Shown piece by piece: positions 55,401 to 64,000 of a stretch of 64,000 bases of DNA. The translations under genes were made by a program, and so were the position numbers. Position 1 is the stretch's first letter. Every line of letters begins with the position of its first letter. The notes beneath the pieces were generated by a model. The model did no database searches. It saw nothing but the letters and a program-made list of their open reading frames with translations, and was not told the DNA's origin. This DNA is from Dokdonella sp. (GTDB lineage: Bacteria > Pseudomonadota > Gammaproteobacteria > Xanthomonadales > Rhodanobacteraceae), in the NCBI RefSeq assembly GCF_019634845.1, contig NZ_JAHCAQ010000011.1:40525-104524 (forward strand). Direction: 5' to 3'.

Positions 55401-56845
55401 CGGCCGATCCGCGCTACGCCTTCCGCCGCGAGGCCGACTACTGCTCGGGCGCGGCGATCATGCTGCGGCGCGCGCTGTTCGAACGCCTCGGTCGCTTCGA
55501 CACCCGCTACGCGCCTGCCTACTACGAGGACACCGACCTCGCCTTCGCGGTGCGCGCGGCGGGCTTCAGGGTCTACGTCGAACCGGCTGCGACCGTCGTC
55601 CACTTCGAGGGCATCACGTCGGGCACCGACACCGCCAGCGGCACCAAGCGCTACCAGGTCATCAATCGCGACAAGTTCGTCGCCAAGTGGCAAGACGCGC
55701 TCAGCCGGCAGCCTGCGCCGGGCACTCCGATCGGCATCGCCGCCAGCCACCGCGCGCGTGCGCGCGTGCTGGTCATCGATGCAACCACGCCGATGCCCGA
55801 CCACGACTCGGGCTCGCTGCGCATGGTCAACCTCATGCGCGTGTTCGCCGAGCTCGGTTGCCAAGTCAGCTTCATGGCCGAAAACCGCCTGTATGTGGCG
55901 CGCTACACCGCGGCGCTGCAGGCGCTCGGCGTGGAGGCACTGTACGCGCCGCAGGTGCAGGATCCGCTGCGCTTCCTGCGCGAGCGCGGCACCGAGTTCG
56001 ACCTCGTGCTGCTGTCGCGCCACTACGTGGCCGCGCCATTCATCGGTCTGGTGCGGCTCTACGCGCCACGCGCGCGACTGGTGTTCGACACCGTGGACCT
56101 GCACTACCTGCGCGAACAGCGCGCCGCGGCGCTGGCGGCTGATGCGGCGCTGCTGCGCAGCGCGGCGGCCACGCGCGCGCAGGAACTCAAGGTCATCGGT
56201 GCCGCCGACGTCACGCTGGTGGTGAGCCCGGTCGAGCGTGAACTGCTGGCGCGCGACGCACCCGGCGCACGGGTCGAAATCCTCTCCAACGTGCACGAGG
56301 TGCACGGCTGCCGCCGCGGCTTCGCCGCGCGCGCCGACCTCGTGTTCGTCGGCGGCTTCCAGCACCCGCCCAACGTCGACGCGATCGAATGGTTCGTGCG
56401 CGAGGTGTTCCCGGCCGTGCGTGCGCAGTTGCCGCAGGTGAAGCTGCACGTGATCGGCAGCCGCGTGCCGGCATCGATCCAGGCGCTGGCCGACGAAACC
56501 GTCGTCGTGCACGGCTTCGTCGAGGACATCATGCCGTTCATGGACGGCTGCCGCGTGTCGGTCGCGCCGCTGCGCTATGGCGCCGGCGTCAAGGGCAAGG
56601 TCAACATGGCGATGAGCTGCGGCCTGCCGGTGGTGGCGACGCCGATCGCGGTCGAGGGCATGCACGTGAGCGCGGGACGCGAGGTCATGGTCGCGGCCGA
56701 GGCCACCGACTTCGCCGACGCGATCGTGCGCGTGTATCGCGACGAGGCATTGTGGCAGGCGCTGTCGACGCACGGCCTGGCCAATGTCGAGCACCACTTC
56801 TCGTTTGCAGCCGCACGCAGCGCGATCGAACGCTTGCTCGCATAG
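52484..56845 (+). CDS. Large multi-domain glycosyltransferase (degenerate GT2-like, GT4, coiled coil, GT2, GT4)
   Basis: HGWGGGTE..VHDHY..ETFSYTLSE..GALAE (GT-B); SASWRITAPLR; VSIVIPVYN..VDDASSD..FLNNDT..YYEDTDL (GT-A); GGFQHPPN..GAGVKGK (GT-B). Confidence 0.93.
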   Translation: MSAPAPTSDAATPPALHPLRVAVYGAGADPARLDHLRERLPVGVRVSLLGASADLPWPAAERVPELGGDVPLPLVAACAQRWPGEDFVLLRADLELPPWALERLWRALQEPAVVAALPLDEAAARTPLTDAAGTIDAARLDALCFACAARSLVDDALFPAQLPALSAWHGARLAQLGATRVRERDALDANGLRVVRLDHLYVASHARMAPAPDDPRDPAPPSPLAALLEQVVALHRAGAAAPAAGLDARPVILHVLHGWGGGTERWLRDCASADSSAHHLVLIARGSHRRQRHGEWLELAVAREPGMVLRRWPLPRPIIDTALGDETYRSLLRAIVHEQCVDAIVVSSLIGHSLDVLRTGLPTVCVVHDHYPLWPLLHHDFGDANLRFDAAQRERDLAGLAAEGMFANRDPAHWQALRDGFVQAALAAQARLVAPSRSAMANQLRLAPALAALHGTVIAHGLAAWPQPPPRWQPPAARTRLRLVTVGRVRAGKGARLLQAALPRLRAHAELFLLGAGADAHDLFGEPDVHVLLDYRRDELPALLARLQPDAALLLSTVAETFSYTLSELRSLGVPVIATRVGALAERIDDGVDGLLVAPDPDALVACVAALAAERAPLARIRAQLATHTPIDTAAMAQAHRALLALAARPALRYPLLPPDGHALQLAAASATGLRLQAQLAQLRDAHAQLQAESTRRGDWGHDLTRSLRELRGDFEERTRWALALDRELQDVKPRYEQMLASASWRITAPLRSTKARLVGLRAALAFRSERARALLARARGSLAQRGLRGTLARIAQEWRGGERRAGLGTFAAPVDDPVPFTVPTSATPRVSIVIPVYNKVEYTLACLRSVAAHAGSVPFEVIVVDDASSDATPQRLAALGGIRVERNAANLGFIGSCNAGAALARGDCLLFLNNDTVVTAGWLEALVHCLDTAPQAGLVGARLVYPDGRLQEAGGIVFNDGSGWNYGRFDDPADPRYAFRREADYCSGAAIMLRRALFERLGRFDTRYAPAYYEDTDLAFAVRAAGFRVYVEPAATVVHFEGITSGTDTASGTKRYQVINRDKFVAKWQDALSRQPAPGTPIGIAASHRARARVLVIDATTPMPDHDSGSLRMVNLMRVFAELGCQVSFMAENRLYVARYTAALQALGVEALYAPQVQDPLRFLRERGTEFDLVLLSRHYVAAPFIGLVRLYAPRARLVFDTVDLHYLREQRAAALAADAALLRSAAATRAQELKVIGAADVTLVVSPVERELLARDAPGARVEILSNVHEVHGCRRGFAARADLVFVGGFQHPPNVDAIEWFVREVFPAVRAQLPQVKLHVIGSRVPASIQALADETVVVHGFVEDIMPFMDGCRVSVAPLRYGAGVKGKVNMAMSCGLPVVATPIAVEGMHVSAGREVMVAAEATDFADAIVRVYRDEALWQALSTHGLANVEHHFSFAAARSAIERLLA

Positions 56846-56866
56846 GCGCGCGCTGCCGCAACCGGA

Positions 56867-58294
56867 CTATTCGATGCCGAGCTTTTCGAGGCGATAGCGC
56901 AACTGGCGCAGCGTGAGGCCGAGGTTGCGCGCAGCGGCGGTGCGGTTCCAGCGCGTGGCCTCGAGTGCCTTCATGATTGCCGCGCGCTCGGTCTCGGCGA
57001 CCGCAGCGGCAAGGTCGCTGGGAAAGCCGGCGTCCTCGGGCGGTTCGCTCGCGAACGCGGCCGCTTCGCGCTGGGTGGCGGGCTCGCGTGGCGGCGCGGC
57101 CACGGTCATCGGCACGGCCTGATGCGAGGCGCCGCCGGCATGCTCGCTCGCGCCGCTCAGGCGCAGGTCGCCGGGGCCGATGGTGTTGTGCTCGCACAGC
57201 GCGACCGCGCGCTCGAGGACGTTTTCGAGCTCGCGCACGTTGCCCGGGAACTCGTAATCGCGCAGCGCCTGCAGCGCCTCGGGCGTGAGCCGCGCCGGCG
57301 TCCCGCCACTGTCGCCAGCCAGGCGGTCGAGCACACGCGCGGCGATCTGTGGAATGTCCTCGCGACGGTCGCGCAGCGGCGCCACCTTCAGCTCGATCAC
57401 GTTGATGCGATAGAACAGGTCCTGGCGAAACGAACCCAGTTCGACGAGCCGCGCGAGGTTCTTGTGGGTGGCCGACAGGATGCGCACGTCGACGTTGACC
57501 TCGGCATGCGCGCCGATCGGGCGCACGGCCTTTTCCTGCAGCACGCGCAGCAGCTTGACCTGCATGTGCATCGGCAGCTCGGCCACCTCGTCGAGGAACA
57601 GCGTGCCGCCATTGGCGGCCTGGAACAGACCGTCCTTGTCGGCTTGGGCGCCAGTGAAGCTGCCCTTGCGGTGGCCGAAGAACTCGCTTTCCATCAGCTC
57701 GGACGGAATCGCCCCGCAGTTGACCGGCACGAACGGCGCGTTCGAACGCGGCCCGAGTTCGTGCACGAGTCGCGCCACGAGTTCCTTGCCCACGCCCGAT
57801 TCGCCGGCGATGTAGACCGGCGCCTGGCTGCGCGCGACCTTGGCAATCGTCGCGCGAAGCTGGTTCATGGTGTCGGAATCGCCGATCAGCTTGCCGACAC
57901 TGGTGGCCTGCTCGCTGCGCTTTTCCTCCGACAGCCGCAGCGCCGTCTGCACGAGGCGGCGCAGCACCGAAATGTCGACCGGTTTGGACACGAAGTCGAA
58001 GGCGCCGGCCTTGAGCGCCTCGACCGCAGCATCGACGTTGCCATAGGCCGTGATCATCGCGATCGGCATGTCGGGATACTGCTGCGCGACCAGCGCGATG
58101 ATCTCCTGACCGCTGCCGTCGGGCAGGCGCATGTCGGTGAAGCAAAGCGCGTAGCGGCGCTCAGCCAGGCGCTGGCGCGCTTCGGCGACGGTGGCTGCGG
58201 TCTCGACGATGAGGCCCATGCGACCGAGCGTGAGCGTGAGCAGCTCGCGGATGTCGCGCTCGTCGTCAATGATCAGGGCGTAGTGCTTGTTCAT
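56867..58294 (-). CDS. pilR: Sigma54-dependent response regulator PilR
   Basis: Receiver IDDE..TDMRLP; GESGVGKE, ESEFFGHRKGSFTGA, LFLDE, FRQDLFYR, FPGNVREL; Fis-type HTH LRYRLEKLGIE. Confidence 0.93.
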   Translation of the reverse strand: MNKHYALIIDDERDIRELLTLTLGRMGLIVETAATVAEARQRLAERRYALCFTDMRLPDGSGQEIIALVAQQYPDMPIAMITAYGNVDAAVEALKAGAFDFVSKPVDISVLRRLVQTALRLSEEKRSEQATSVGKLIGDSDTMNQLRATIAKVARSQAPVYIAGESGVGKELVARLVHELGPRSNAPFVPVNCGAIPSELMESEFFGHRKGSFTGAQADKDGLFQAANGGTLFLDEVAELPMHMQVKLLRVLQEKAVRPIGAHAEVNVDVRILSATHKNLARLVELGSFRQDLFYRINVIELKVAPLRDRREDIPQIAARVLDRLAGDSGGTPARLTPEALQALRDYEFPGNVRELENVLERAVALCEHNTIGPGDLRLSGASEHAGGASHQAVPMTVAAPPREPATQREAAAFASEPPEDAGFPSDLAAAVAETERAAIMKALEATRWNRTAAARNLGLTLRQLRYRLEKLGIE

Positions 58295-58385
58295 GCGGGT
58301 GCGCGTCTGGAACGGGAATGTTGGCGGCGGCCAGCGCGGCGTGGCGCGCCGCTGGCCAGATCCGCGCAGTGTGCCAACGCCGGCC

Positions 58386-60017
58386 TCATGCCGCCACTGC
58401 GCCGCCGGGACCGATACTCACCGCGGCCTGCAGCGTCAGCCGGAAACAGGCCCCGCCACCGGCGACCGGCACGTACTCGAGCGTAGCCTGGCTGGCCTCG
58501 CTCATCTGTTTGGCGAGGTAAAGACCCAGGCCCGTGCCGTATTCATGGGTGGTGTAGAACGGCTCGAAGATCTGCGCGGCGACCTTGGGTGGTATGCCCG
58601 GGCCGCGATCGATCACCTCGAGCAGGGCCGGTCCCTTCTCGGTCGCGGCGCGCGCGACGACCGCCACCCGTGCCGGCTGGCCGGGCTGGCGCCCGTAGCG
58701 CAGCGCGTTCTGCACCAGGTTCCACACCACCTGCTGCAGGTGCTGCGGGTCGGCCACGGCTTCGAGCCGCTTGTTGCTGGTGATCGCGCGCAACTGGTCC
58801 TGGCCGAGGTCGTTGGACTGCTTGTAGTCGTCGACGAAGCCGAGCACCCAGGCGTTGAGGTCGAGTGTTTCGGGACGCGAGCGCTCGCGCCGCGACAGTT
58901 GCAGGATGTTCTCGACCACGTCGTTGGCGCGTGTGCAGTGGTTGTTGATGATCTCGACCAGGCGCGTGTCGTCGCCGTTGAGGTCGGGGGATTCGGCCAG
59001 CAGCTGCGCCGAGTAGCGGATCGCCGCCAGCGGATTGCGGATCTCGTGCGCGATCGACGCCGACAGACGGCCCAGCGAGGACAGCGTCAGTTCCTCGGCG
59101 CGGCGTGACACCAGCGAGGTGTCGTCGAGGAAGATGAGGACGTTGGCATCGTCATTGGGCGACAGGCGCGTGAAGCGCGGGATCACCTCGGGCATGTCGG
59201 TCGCCAGCGACACCGCCGATTCCTCGCCCTGGCCCTTGTGGCGCCAGTGGTAAAGCCGGCGTGACAGCTCGGGCGCGACCACGCCCAGTTCGCGCTCGCC
59301 CGGTGGTGGATTGCCGATCAGGTGCCAGGCCGACTCGTTGATGCGCAGGATGTAGTTGGCGCGATCCACCAGCAGCACGCCGGTGCGCATGCGCTGGATG
59401 ATGAGATCGTTGATCTGCTCGAGGTTGAGCAGGTCGGCGCCACGCTGTTCGGCCAGGTCCTCGGCCTCGCGCAGATGACCACCGAGGTTGCGCAGCAGGG
59501 TCGCGGCGACGAAATAGGCCACCGTCATCGCCAGCACGCTGAGGCCGCTGACCGACTCATGGCTGTCGTTGACGAGGTCGTACAGATAGGGAATCGAGAC
59601 CCCGAGCGCGGCACCCAACGCAAACACGTAGGCGCGCTGCGGCATCAGCAGGGCCGCGATGCCGATGTTGACCAGCAGCATCATCGGCACGAGGCTGTAG
59701 CCCGACAGCGCGAGCAGCACCGCCGCCGCGGCCGCGATGTCGATCGCCAGCGACACGCCGATCGTCGCGGCAAGGTGGCGGCGCAGGCGTTCGGTCAGCA
59801 GCAGCAGGATCACCGCCACGCCGAGATACACCACCGCCACGGTATGGCCCAGCAAGGGGCGCAGCAGTCGCACCGACTCGCCGGCGAACGGCGCGAACAC
59901 GAGGCTCGCGTAAACGAACGCCTCCAGGCAGCGGTACAGGTTGAAGAAGTACAGCTCCCGCCGGGTGATGTCCCCCGGGGCGTCGCGATCCAGGCCTTGA
60001 TAGCGCGTAGGGGCCAC
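58386..60017 (-). CDS. pilS: Sensor histidine kinase PilS
   Basis: FNLYR, multiple TMs, [48 protein letters not shown] before GTG at 60017. Confidence 0.93.
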   Translation of the reverse strand: MAPTRYQGLDRDAPGDITRRELYFFNLYRCLEAFVYASLVFAPFAGESVRLLRPLLGHTVAVVYLGVAVILLLLTERLRRHLAATIGVSLAIDIAAAAAVLLALSGYSLVPMMLLVNIGIAALLMPQRAYVFALGAALGVSIPYLYDLVNDSHESVSGLSVLAMTVAYFVAATLLRNLGGHLREAEDLAEQRGADLLNLEQINDLIIQRMRTGVLLVDRANYILRINESAWHLIGNPPPGERELGVVAPELSRRLYHWRHKGQGEESAVSLATDMPEVIPRFTRLSPNDDANVLIFLDDTSLVSRRAEELTLSSLGRLSASIAHEIRNPLAAIRYSAQLLAESPDLNGDDTRLVEIINNHCTRANDVVENILQLSRRERSRPETLDLNAWVLGFVDDYKQSNDLGQDQLRAITSNKRLEAVADPQHLQQVVWNLVQNALRYGRQPGQPARVAVVARAATEKGPALLEVIDRGPGIPPKVAAQIFEPFYTTHEYGTGLGLYLAKQMSEASQATLEYVPVAGGGACFRLTLQAAVSIGPGGAVAA

Positions 60018-60373
60018 GCCAACTCCTTGTATGGGCGGCCAGTATATGCCGCCGATGGCGCCGTGGCGCACGGCGCCGCGTGCCCGTCAGCACCCGTGCC
60101 GTTGCCACGCCGCAGGACTGGGCGGCACTCCCGGCTCCAGCGGCTTGCCAATTCCCGGCCATCGGGTCCGCTTGCGCCTGCGCAAGCAGGTGCGATCTGG
60201 CGTGGCTTGATCGGGCGGGCAACCAGCGGCGCGGGCAGCCCCTTTTGATTTCGCCGCCCCCATGGCCGAAAATACCGCGCTGCATCAAGGCGGCGTTCCG
60301 CCGCCAGTCCCCGTCTGCCCGCCCCGGCGCCCCGCGCGCCCCGGCGTCACGCTTTCCAGCACAAGGTGCCTCG

Positions 60374-61534
60374 ATGAACTTCCACGAATACCAAGCCAAG
60401 GAACTGTTTGCCGCCTACGGCATCGCCGTGCCGCCCGGCAAGACCGCCAATTCGCCCGATGCCGCCGTCGATGCCGCCAAGGCGCTCGGTGGCAGCCAGT
60501 GGATGGTCAAGGCGCAGATCCATGCCGGCGGCCGCGGCAAGGCCGGCGGCGTCAAGTTCTGCAAGAGCCTCGATGACGTGCGCGCGGCCGCCAAGGGCAT
60601 GCTCGGCACCAGGATGGCCACCTATCAGTCGGCCGGCCGTGCGCTGCCGGTCAATCTCGTGCTGGTCACCGACGCCACCAACATCGCCCGCGAGCTGTAC
60701 CTGTCGGTGCTGGTCGACCGTGACAGCAAGAGCGTGTCGTTCATCGCCTCCAAGCATGGCGGCGTCGACATCGAGCAGGTCGCGCGCGACACGCCGCAGG
60801 ACATCCACACCATCCGCGTCGATTTCATCGAAGGCCTGCAGCCCTACCAGTGCCGCGAACTCGGCTTCGCCATGGACCTCAATGCCAAGCAGGTCGGCCA
60901 GCTCACCAAAATCATGCTCGGCCTGTACCGCTTGTTCAACGACAAGGACCTGTCGCTGGTCGAACTCAATCCGCTGGCCATCCTCGAGGACGGCAACCTC
61001 GCCGCCCTCGATGGCAAGGTCAATTCCGACGACAACGCCGAGTTCCGCCACCCCGAGCTGGTGGCGATGCGCGACCTCACGCAGGAAGATCCGGCCGAGG
61101 CCGCGGCGGCACAGAACAACCTCAACTACGTGACCATGGACGGCTCGATCGGCTGCATGGTCAACGGCGCGGGCCTGGCGATGGCGACCATGGACGTGAT
61201 CAAGCTCGCCGGTGGCGAGCCGGCCAACTTCCTCGACGTCGGCGGCGGCGCCACCAAGGAGCGCGTGACCGAGGCATTCAAGCTCATCCTGTCGTCGGAC
61301 AAGGTCAAGGCGATCCTCGTCAACATCTTCGGCGGCATCGTCCGCTGCGATCTCATCGCCGAGGGCATCATCGCCGCGGTCAAGGAAGTCGGACTCACGA
61401 TCCCGGTGGTGGTGCGCCTGCAGGGCACCAATGTCGAGAAGGGCCGCGAGCTGCTCGCCAACTCGGGGCTGGCGATCACGCCGGCCGACGATCTCAACGA
61501 TGCCGCCCGCAAGGCGGTCGCCGCCGCCCACTGA
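60374..61534 (+). CDS. sucC: Succinyl-CoA synthetase beta subunit
   Basis: [57 protein letters not shown]. Confidence 0.99.
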   Translation: MNFHEYQAKELFAAYGIAVPPGKTANSPDAAVDAAKALGGSQWMVKAQIHAGGRGKAGGVKFCKSLDDVRAAAKGMLGTRMATYQSAGRALPVNLVLVTDATNIARELYLSVLVDRDSKSVSFIASKHGGVDIEQVARDTPQDIHTIRVDFIEGLQPYQCRELGFAMDLNAKQVGQLTKIMLGLYRLFNDKDLSLVELNPLAILEDGNLAALDGKVNSDDNAEFRHPELVAMRDLTQEDPAEAAAAQNNLNYVTMDGSIGCMVNGAGLAMATMDVIKLAGGEPANFLDVGGGATKERVTEAFKLILSSDKVKAILVNIFGGIVRCDLIAEGIIAAVKEVGLTIPVVVRLQGTNVEKGRELLANSGLAITPADDLNDAARKAVAAAH

Positions 61535-61621
61535 ACCGAACGTGGGCGGACCGCTGCCGGCTCATGCCGGGCAGCGCGGCCGGCAGTCCCCACGAACCGC
61601 CAGCTTTTCGAGGAATCATCC

Positions 61622-62497
61622 ATGAGCGTTTTGGTCAACAAGAACACCAAGGTGATCGTGCAGGGCTTCACCGGCCAGCAAGGAACCTTCCACGCGCAAC
61701 AGGCGCTCGACTACGGCACCCAGGTCGTCGGCGGCGTCACGCCGGGCAAGGGCGGCAGCGAGCACATCGGCCTGCCGGTCTTCAACTCGGTCGCCGAAGC
61801 GGTCGGCGCCACCGGTGCCGATGCCTCGGTCATCTTCGTGCCACCGCCGTTCGCCGCCGACTCGATCCTCGAGGCGGTCGCCGCCGGCGTGCGCGTCATC
61901 GTGGCGATCACCGAAGGCATTCCGGTACTCGACATGCTGCGCGTCAAGAACGTGCTCAAGGCGCATCCCGACACCGTGCTGATCGGTCCCAACTGCCCCG
62001 GCATCATCACCCCGGGCGAGTGCAAGATCGGCATCATGCCAGGCCACATCCACCGCCCCGGCAAGGTCGGCATCGTGTCGCGCTCGGGCACGCTCACCTA
62101 CGAAGCCGTGTTCCAGACCACCAACGAAGGCCTGGGGCAATCCACCTGCATCGGCATCGGCGGCGATCCGATCAACGGACTCAACTTCATCGACTGCCTC
62201 AAGCTGTTCCAGGACGATCCGGGCACCGAGGGCATCATCATGGTGGGCGAGATCGGCGGCAGTGCCGAGGAAGACGCCGCCGAGTTCATCGGCCGCCACG
62301 TCACCAAGCCGGTGGTGAGCTTCATCGCCGGTGCGTCGGCGCCGGCCGGCAAGCGCATGGGCCATGCCGGTGCGATCATCTCCGGTGGCAAGGGTACCGC
62401 CGCCGCCAAGTTCGCCGCGCTCGAGAAGGCCGGCGTGACCACGGTCAAGTCGCCGGCCGATCTCGGCAAGGCGCTGGCGGCGAAGATGAAGCGCTAG
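61622..62497 (+). CDS. sucD: Succinyl-CoA synthetase alpha subunit
   Basis: [37 protein letters not shown]. Confidence 0.99.
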   Translation: MSVLVNKNTKVIVQGFTGQQGTFHAQQALDYGTQVVGGVTPGKGGSEHIGLPVFNSVAEAVGATGADASVIFVPPPFAADSILEAVAAGVRVIVAITEGIPVLDMLRVKNVLKAHPDTVLIGPNCPGIITPGECKIGIMPGHIHRPGKVGIVSRSGTLTYEAVFQTTNEGLGQSTCIGIGGDPINGLNFIDCLKLFQDDPGTEGIIMVGEIGGSAEEDAAEFIGRHVTKPVVSFIAGASAPAGKRMGHAGAIISGGKGTAAAKFAALEKAGVTTVKSPADLGKALAAKMKR

Positions 62498-62683
62498 CCG
62501 CCGGCAAGGCTCCGCCGGCCTGGCGCGCCCAGTCGCCCAGCGCCGCCTGCGGGCGGCGCTGCCCTGGCCCACGCGGGTGGCGCCCACCGCCACGTGCGCC
62601 GCGCCGGTCCGCGTCGCCGCACTTGCCAGACGCGGCGTGATCGGCAACCGTTGGCGGACCTGTCCACCGTCCAGGCCATCCGC

Positions 62684-63955
62684 ATGATCCGCATCGCCCT
62701 CGCCGGCGCGCTCGCGCTCGGCATCGTACCCAGCCACGCCGCCACCCGTTATGTCCGCGCCGGCAAGCTCGTCGACGTCGAGCGCGGACGCGTGCTCGAC
62801 GACCAGCTCATCCGCATCGTCGATGGCCGCGTGGCGGCATGGACCCCATTCACCACCGCCCCGGGCGACGGACCGCTCACCGACTGGTCGGCCTACCAGG
62901 TGCTGCCGGGGCTGATCGACATGCACACCCACCTCGCCGACTACGGCACCAGCGCCAATGTCGCCGAGCCACTCTTGCACTCGGCAGCCGAGCTGGCGCT
63001 GCGCGGCGCCCACAACGCGCGCCTGACGCTGCATGCCGGCTTCACCAGCGTGCGCGACGTCGGCACCTACCGCGCCCTCACCGACGTCGCCCTGCGCGAT
63101 GCGATCGCGGCCGGCTACGTGGAAGGCCCGCGCATGCACGTTGCCGGCGCCTACATCACCGTTCCGGGCGGCGGTGGCGCCGTGACCGGCTTCGCCGCCG
63201 ATGTGCAGGTACCGACCGACATGGCGGTGGGCGTGGTGCGCAACGCGCAGGAGGCACGCGAGAAGGTGCGCTACCTGATCCAGCACGGCGCCGACCACAT
63301 CAAGATGATGGCCACCGGCGCGGTGCTGGCGGTGGGCACCGAACCGGGCCGGCCGGAACTGTCGCTGGAGGAAATGCAGGCTGCCTGCGACGAAGCCGCA
63401 CGCAACGGCAGCTATTGCCTGGCCCATGCCCACGGCGCCGAGGGCATCAAGAACGCGATCCGCGCCGGCGCGCGCTCGATCGAACACGCCTCGCTCATCG
63501 ATGCCGAGGGCATCGCGCTGGCCAAGGCGCGTGGCGTGTGGCTCGACATGGACATCTACGACGGCGACTACATCGAGGAATACGGTACGCGCCAGGGCTG
63601 GGAGGCGGGCTACCTGCGCAAGAACCGCGAGACGGCGCAACTGCAGCGCGAAGCCTTCACGCGCGCGCTCAAGGCCGGAGTCAAACTGAGCTTCGGCACC
63701 GACGAGGGCGTGTATCCATACGGCTGGAACGCGCGCCAGTTCGCCTACATGGTCCGCTACGGCATGACACCGCTGCAGGCGATCCAGTCGGCGACCACGG
63801 TGGCGGCCGCCCTGCTGCGCGCCGACGGCGACGTCGGCTCGCTGAGCCCGGGCCACTACGCCGACATGATCGCGGTCAAGGGCGATGCCACCGCCGACGT
63901 CGGTACGCTCGAACATGTCGAACACGTGATGAAGGGCGGCACGCTGGTGCGCTGA
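62684..63955 (+). CDS. Exported metal-dependent amidohydrolase (Xaa-Pro dipeptidase-like)
   Basis: Signal MIRIALAGALALGIVPSHA; PGLIDMHTH, IKMMATG, AHAHG, SIEHAS, FGTDEG. Confidence 0.92.
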   Translation: MIRIALAGALALGIVPSHAATRYVRAGKLVDVERGRVLDDQLIRIVDGRVAAWTPFTTAPGDGPLTDWSAYQVLPGLIDMHTHLADYGTSANVAEPLLHSAAELALRGAHNARLTLHAGFTSVRDVGTYRALTDVALRDAIAAGYVEGPRMHVAGAYITVPGGGGAVTGFAADVQVPTDMAVGVVRNAQEAREKVRYLIQHGADHIKMMATGAVLAVGTEPGRPELSLEEMQAACDEAARNGSYCLAHAHGAEGIKNAIRAGARSIEHASLIDAEGIALAKARGVWLDMDIYDGDYIEEYGTRQGWEAGYLRKNRETAQLQREAFTRALKAGVKLSFGTDEGVYPYGWNARQFAYMVRYGMTPLQAIQSATTVAAALLRADGDVGSLSPGHYADMIAVKGDATADVGTLEHVEHVMKGGTLVR

Positions 63956-64000
63956 GTGGTCGCACAATGATCCGCGGCAGTCGCCTGCCGCGCCTCCGCC

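Noticed and set aside
1..64000. CRISPR arrays, tRNA/rRNA, transposases, integrases, prophage or known defence genes
   Set aside because: No regularly spaced repeats or corresponding motifs were found by eye. Nearly all sequence is accounted for by the listed CDSs.

Overview
A very GC-rich bacterial chromosomal segment that looks like Xanthomonadales, most likely Rhodanobacteraceae (Dokdonella-like). The placement is inferred from the lysAC fusion, murL-murD2, aroK-aroB-WGR-hemE, pilSR-sucCD and secreted proteins bearing a D-x-I-F-x-x-(G/D)-F-D motif. I call 44 CDSs and see no rRNA, tRNA, CRISPR array, transposase or prophage. Most genes are housekeeping: ssb, ispB, murD2/murL, lysAC, aroKB, hemE, sdaA, a DinG-family helicase, mrcB, pilSR, sucCD. 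The most notable locus is a tightly coupled minus-strand operon at 18690-23158. It encodes a coiled-coil protein, a single-pass membrane protein, a stand-alone Rab-like small GTPase and a soluble hybrid histidine kinase, with an OmpR-family regulator just upstream. The membrane protein has a predicted cytoplasmic longin/roadblock-like domain and a periplasmic OmpA-like domain. Together these suggest a bacterial Rab/longin-type envelope-to-phosphorelay signalling module. Other observations: two paralogous membrane GTPases bracketing yceI-cytochrome b561-yceI; an IorB homologue with eroded molybdenum-cofactor and catalytic motifs; an EF-G paralogue lacking the catalytic His; an orphan exosortase H; a TPR sulfotransferase next to a plant-type subtilase; a LpoP-like lipoprotein behind PBP1B; a 1453-aa multi-domain glycosyltransferase; and an inverted REP-like pair that supplies the murL ribosome-binding site. 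All domain calls come from motif recognition by eye; no searches were run.
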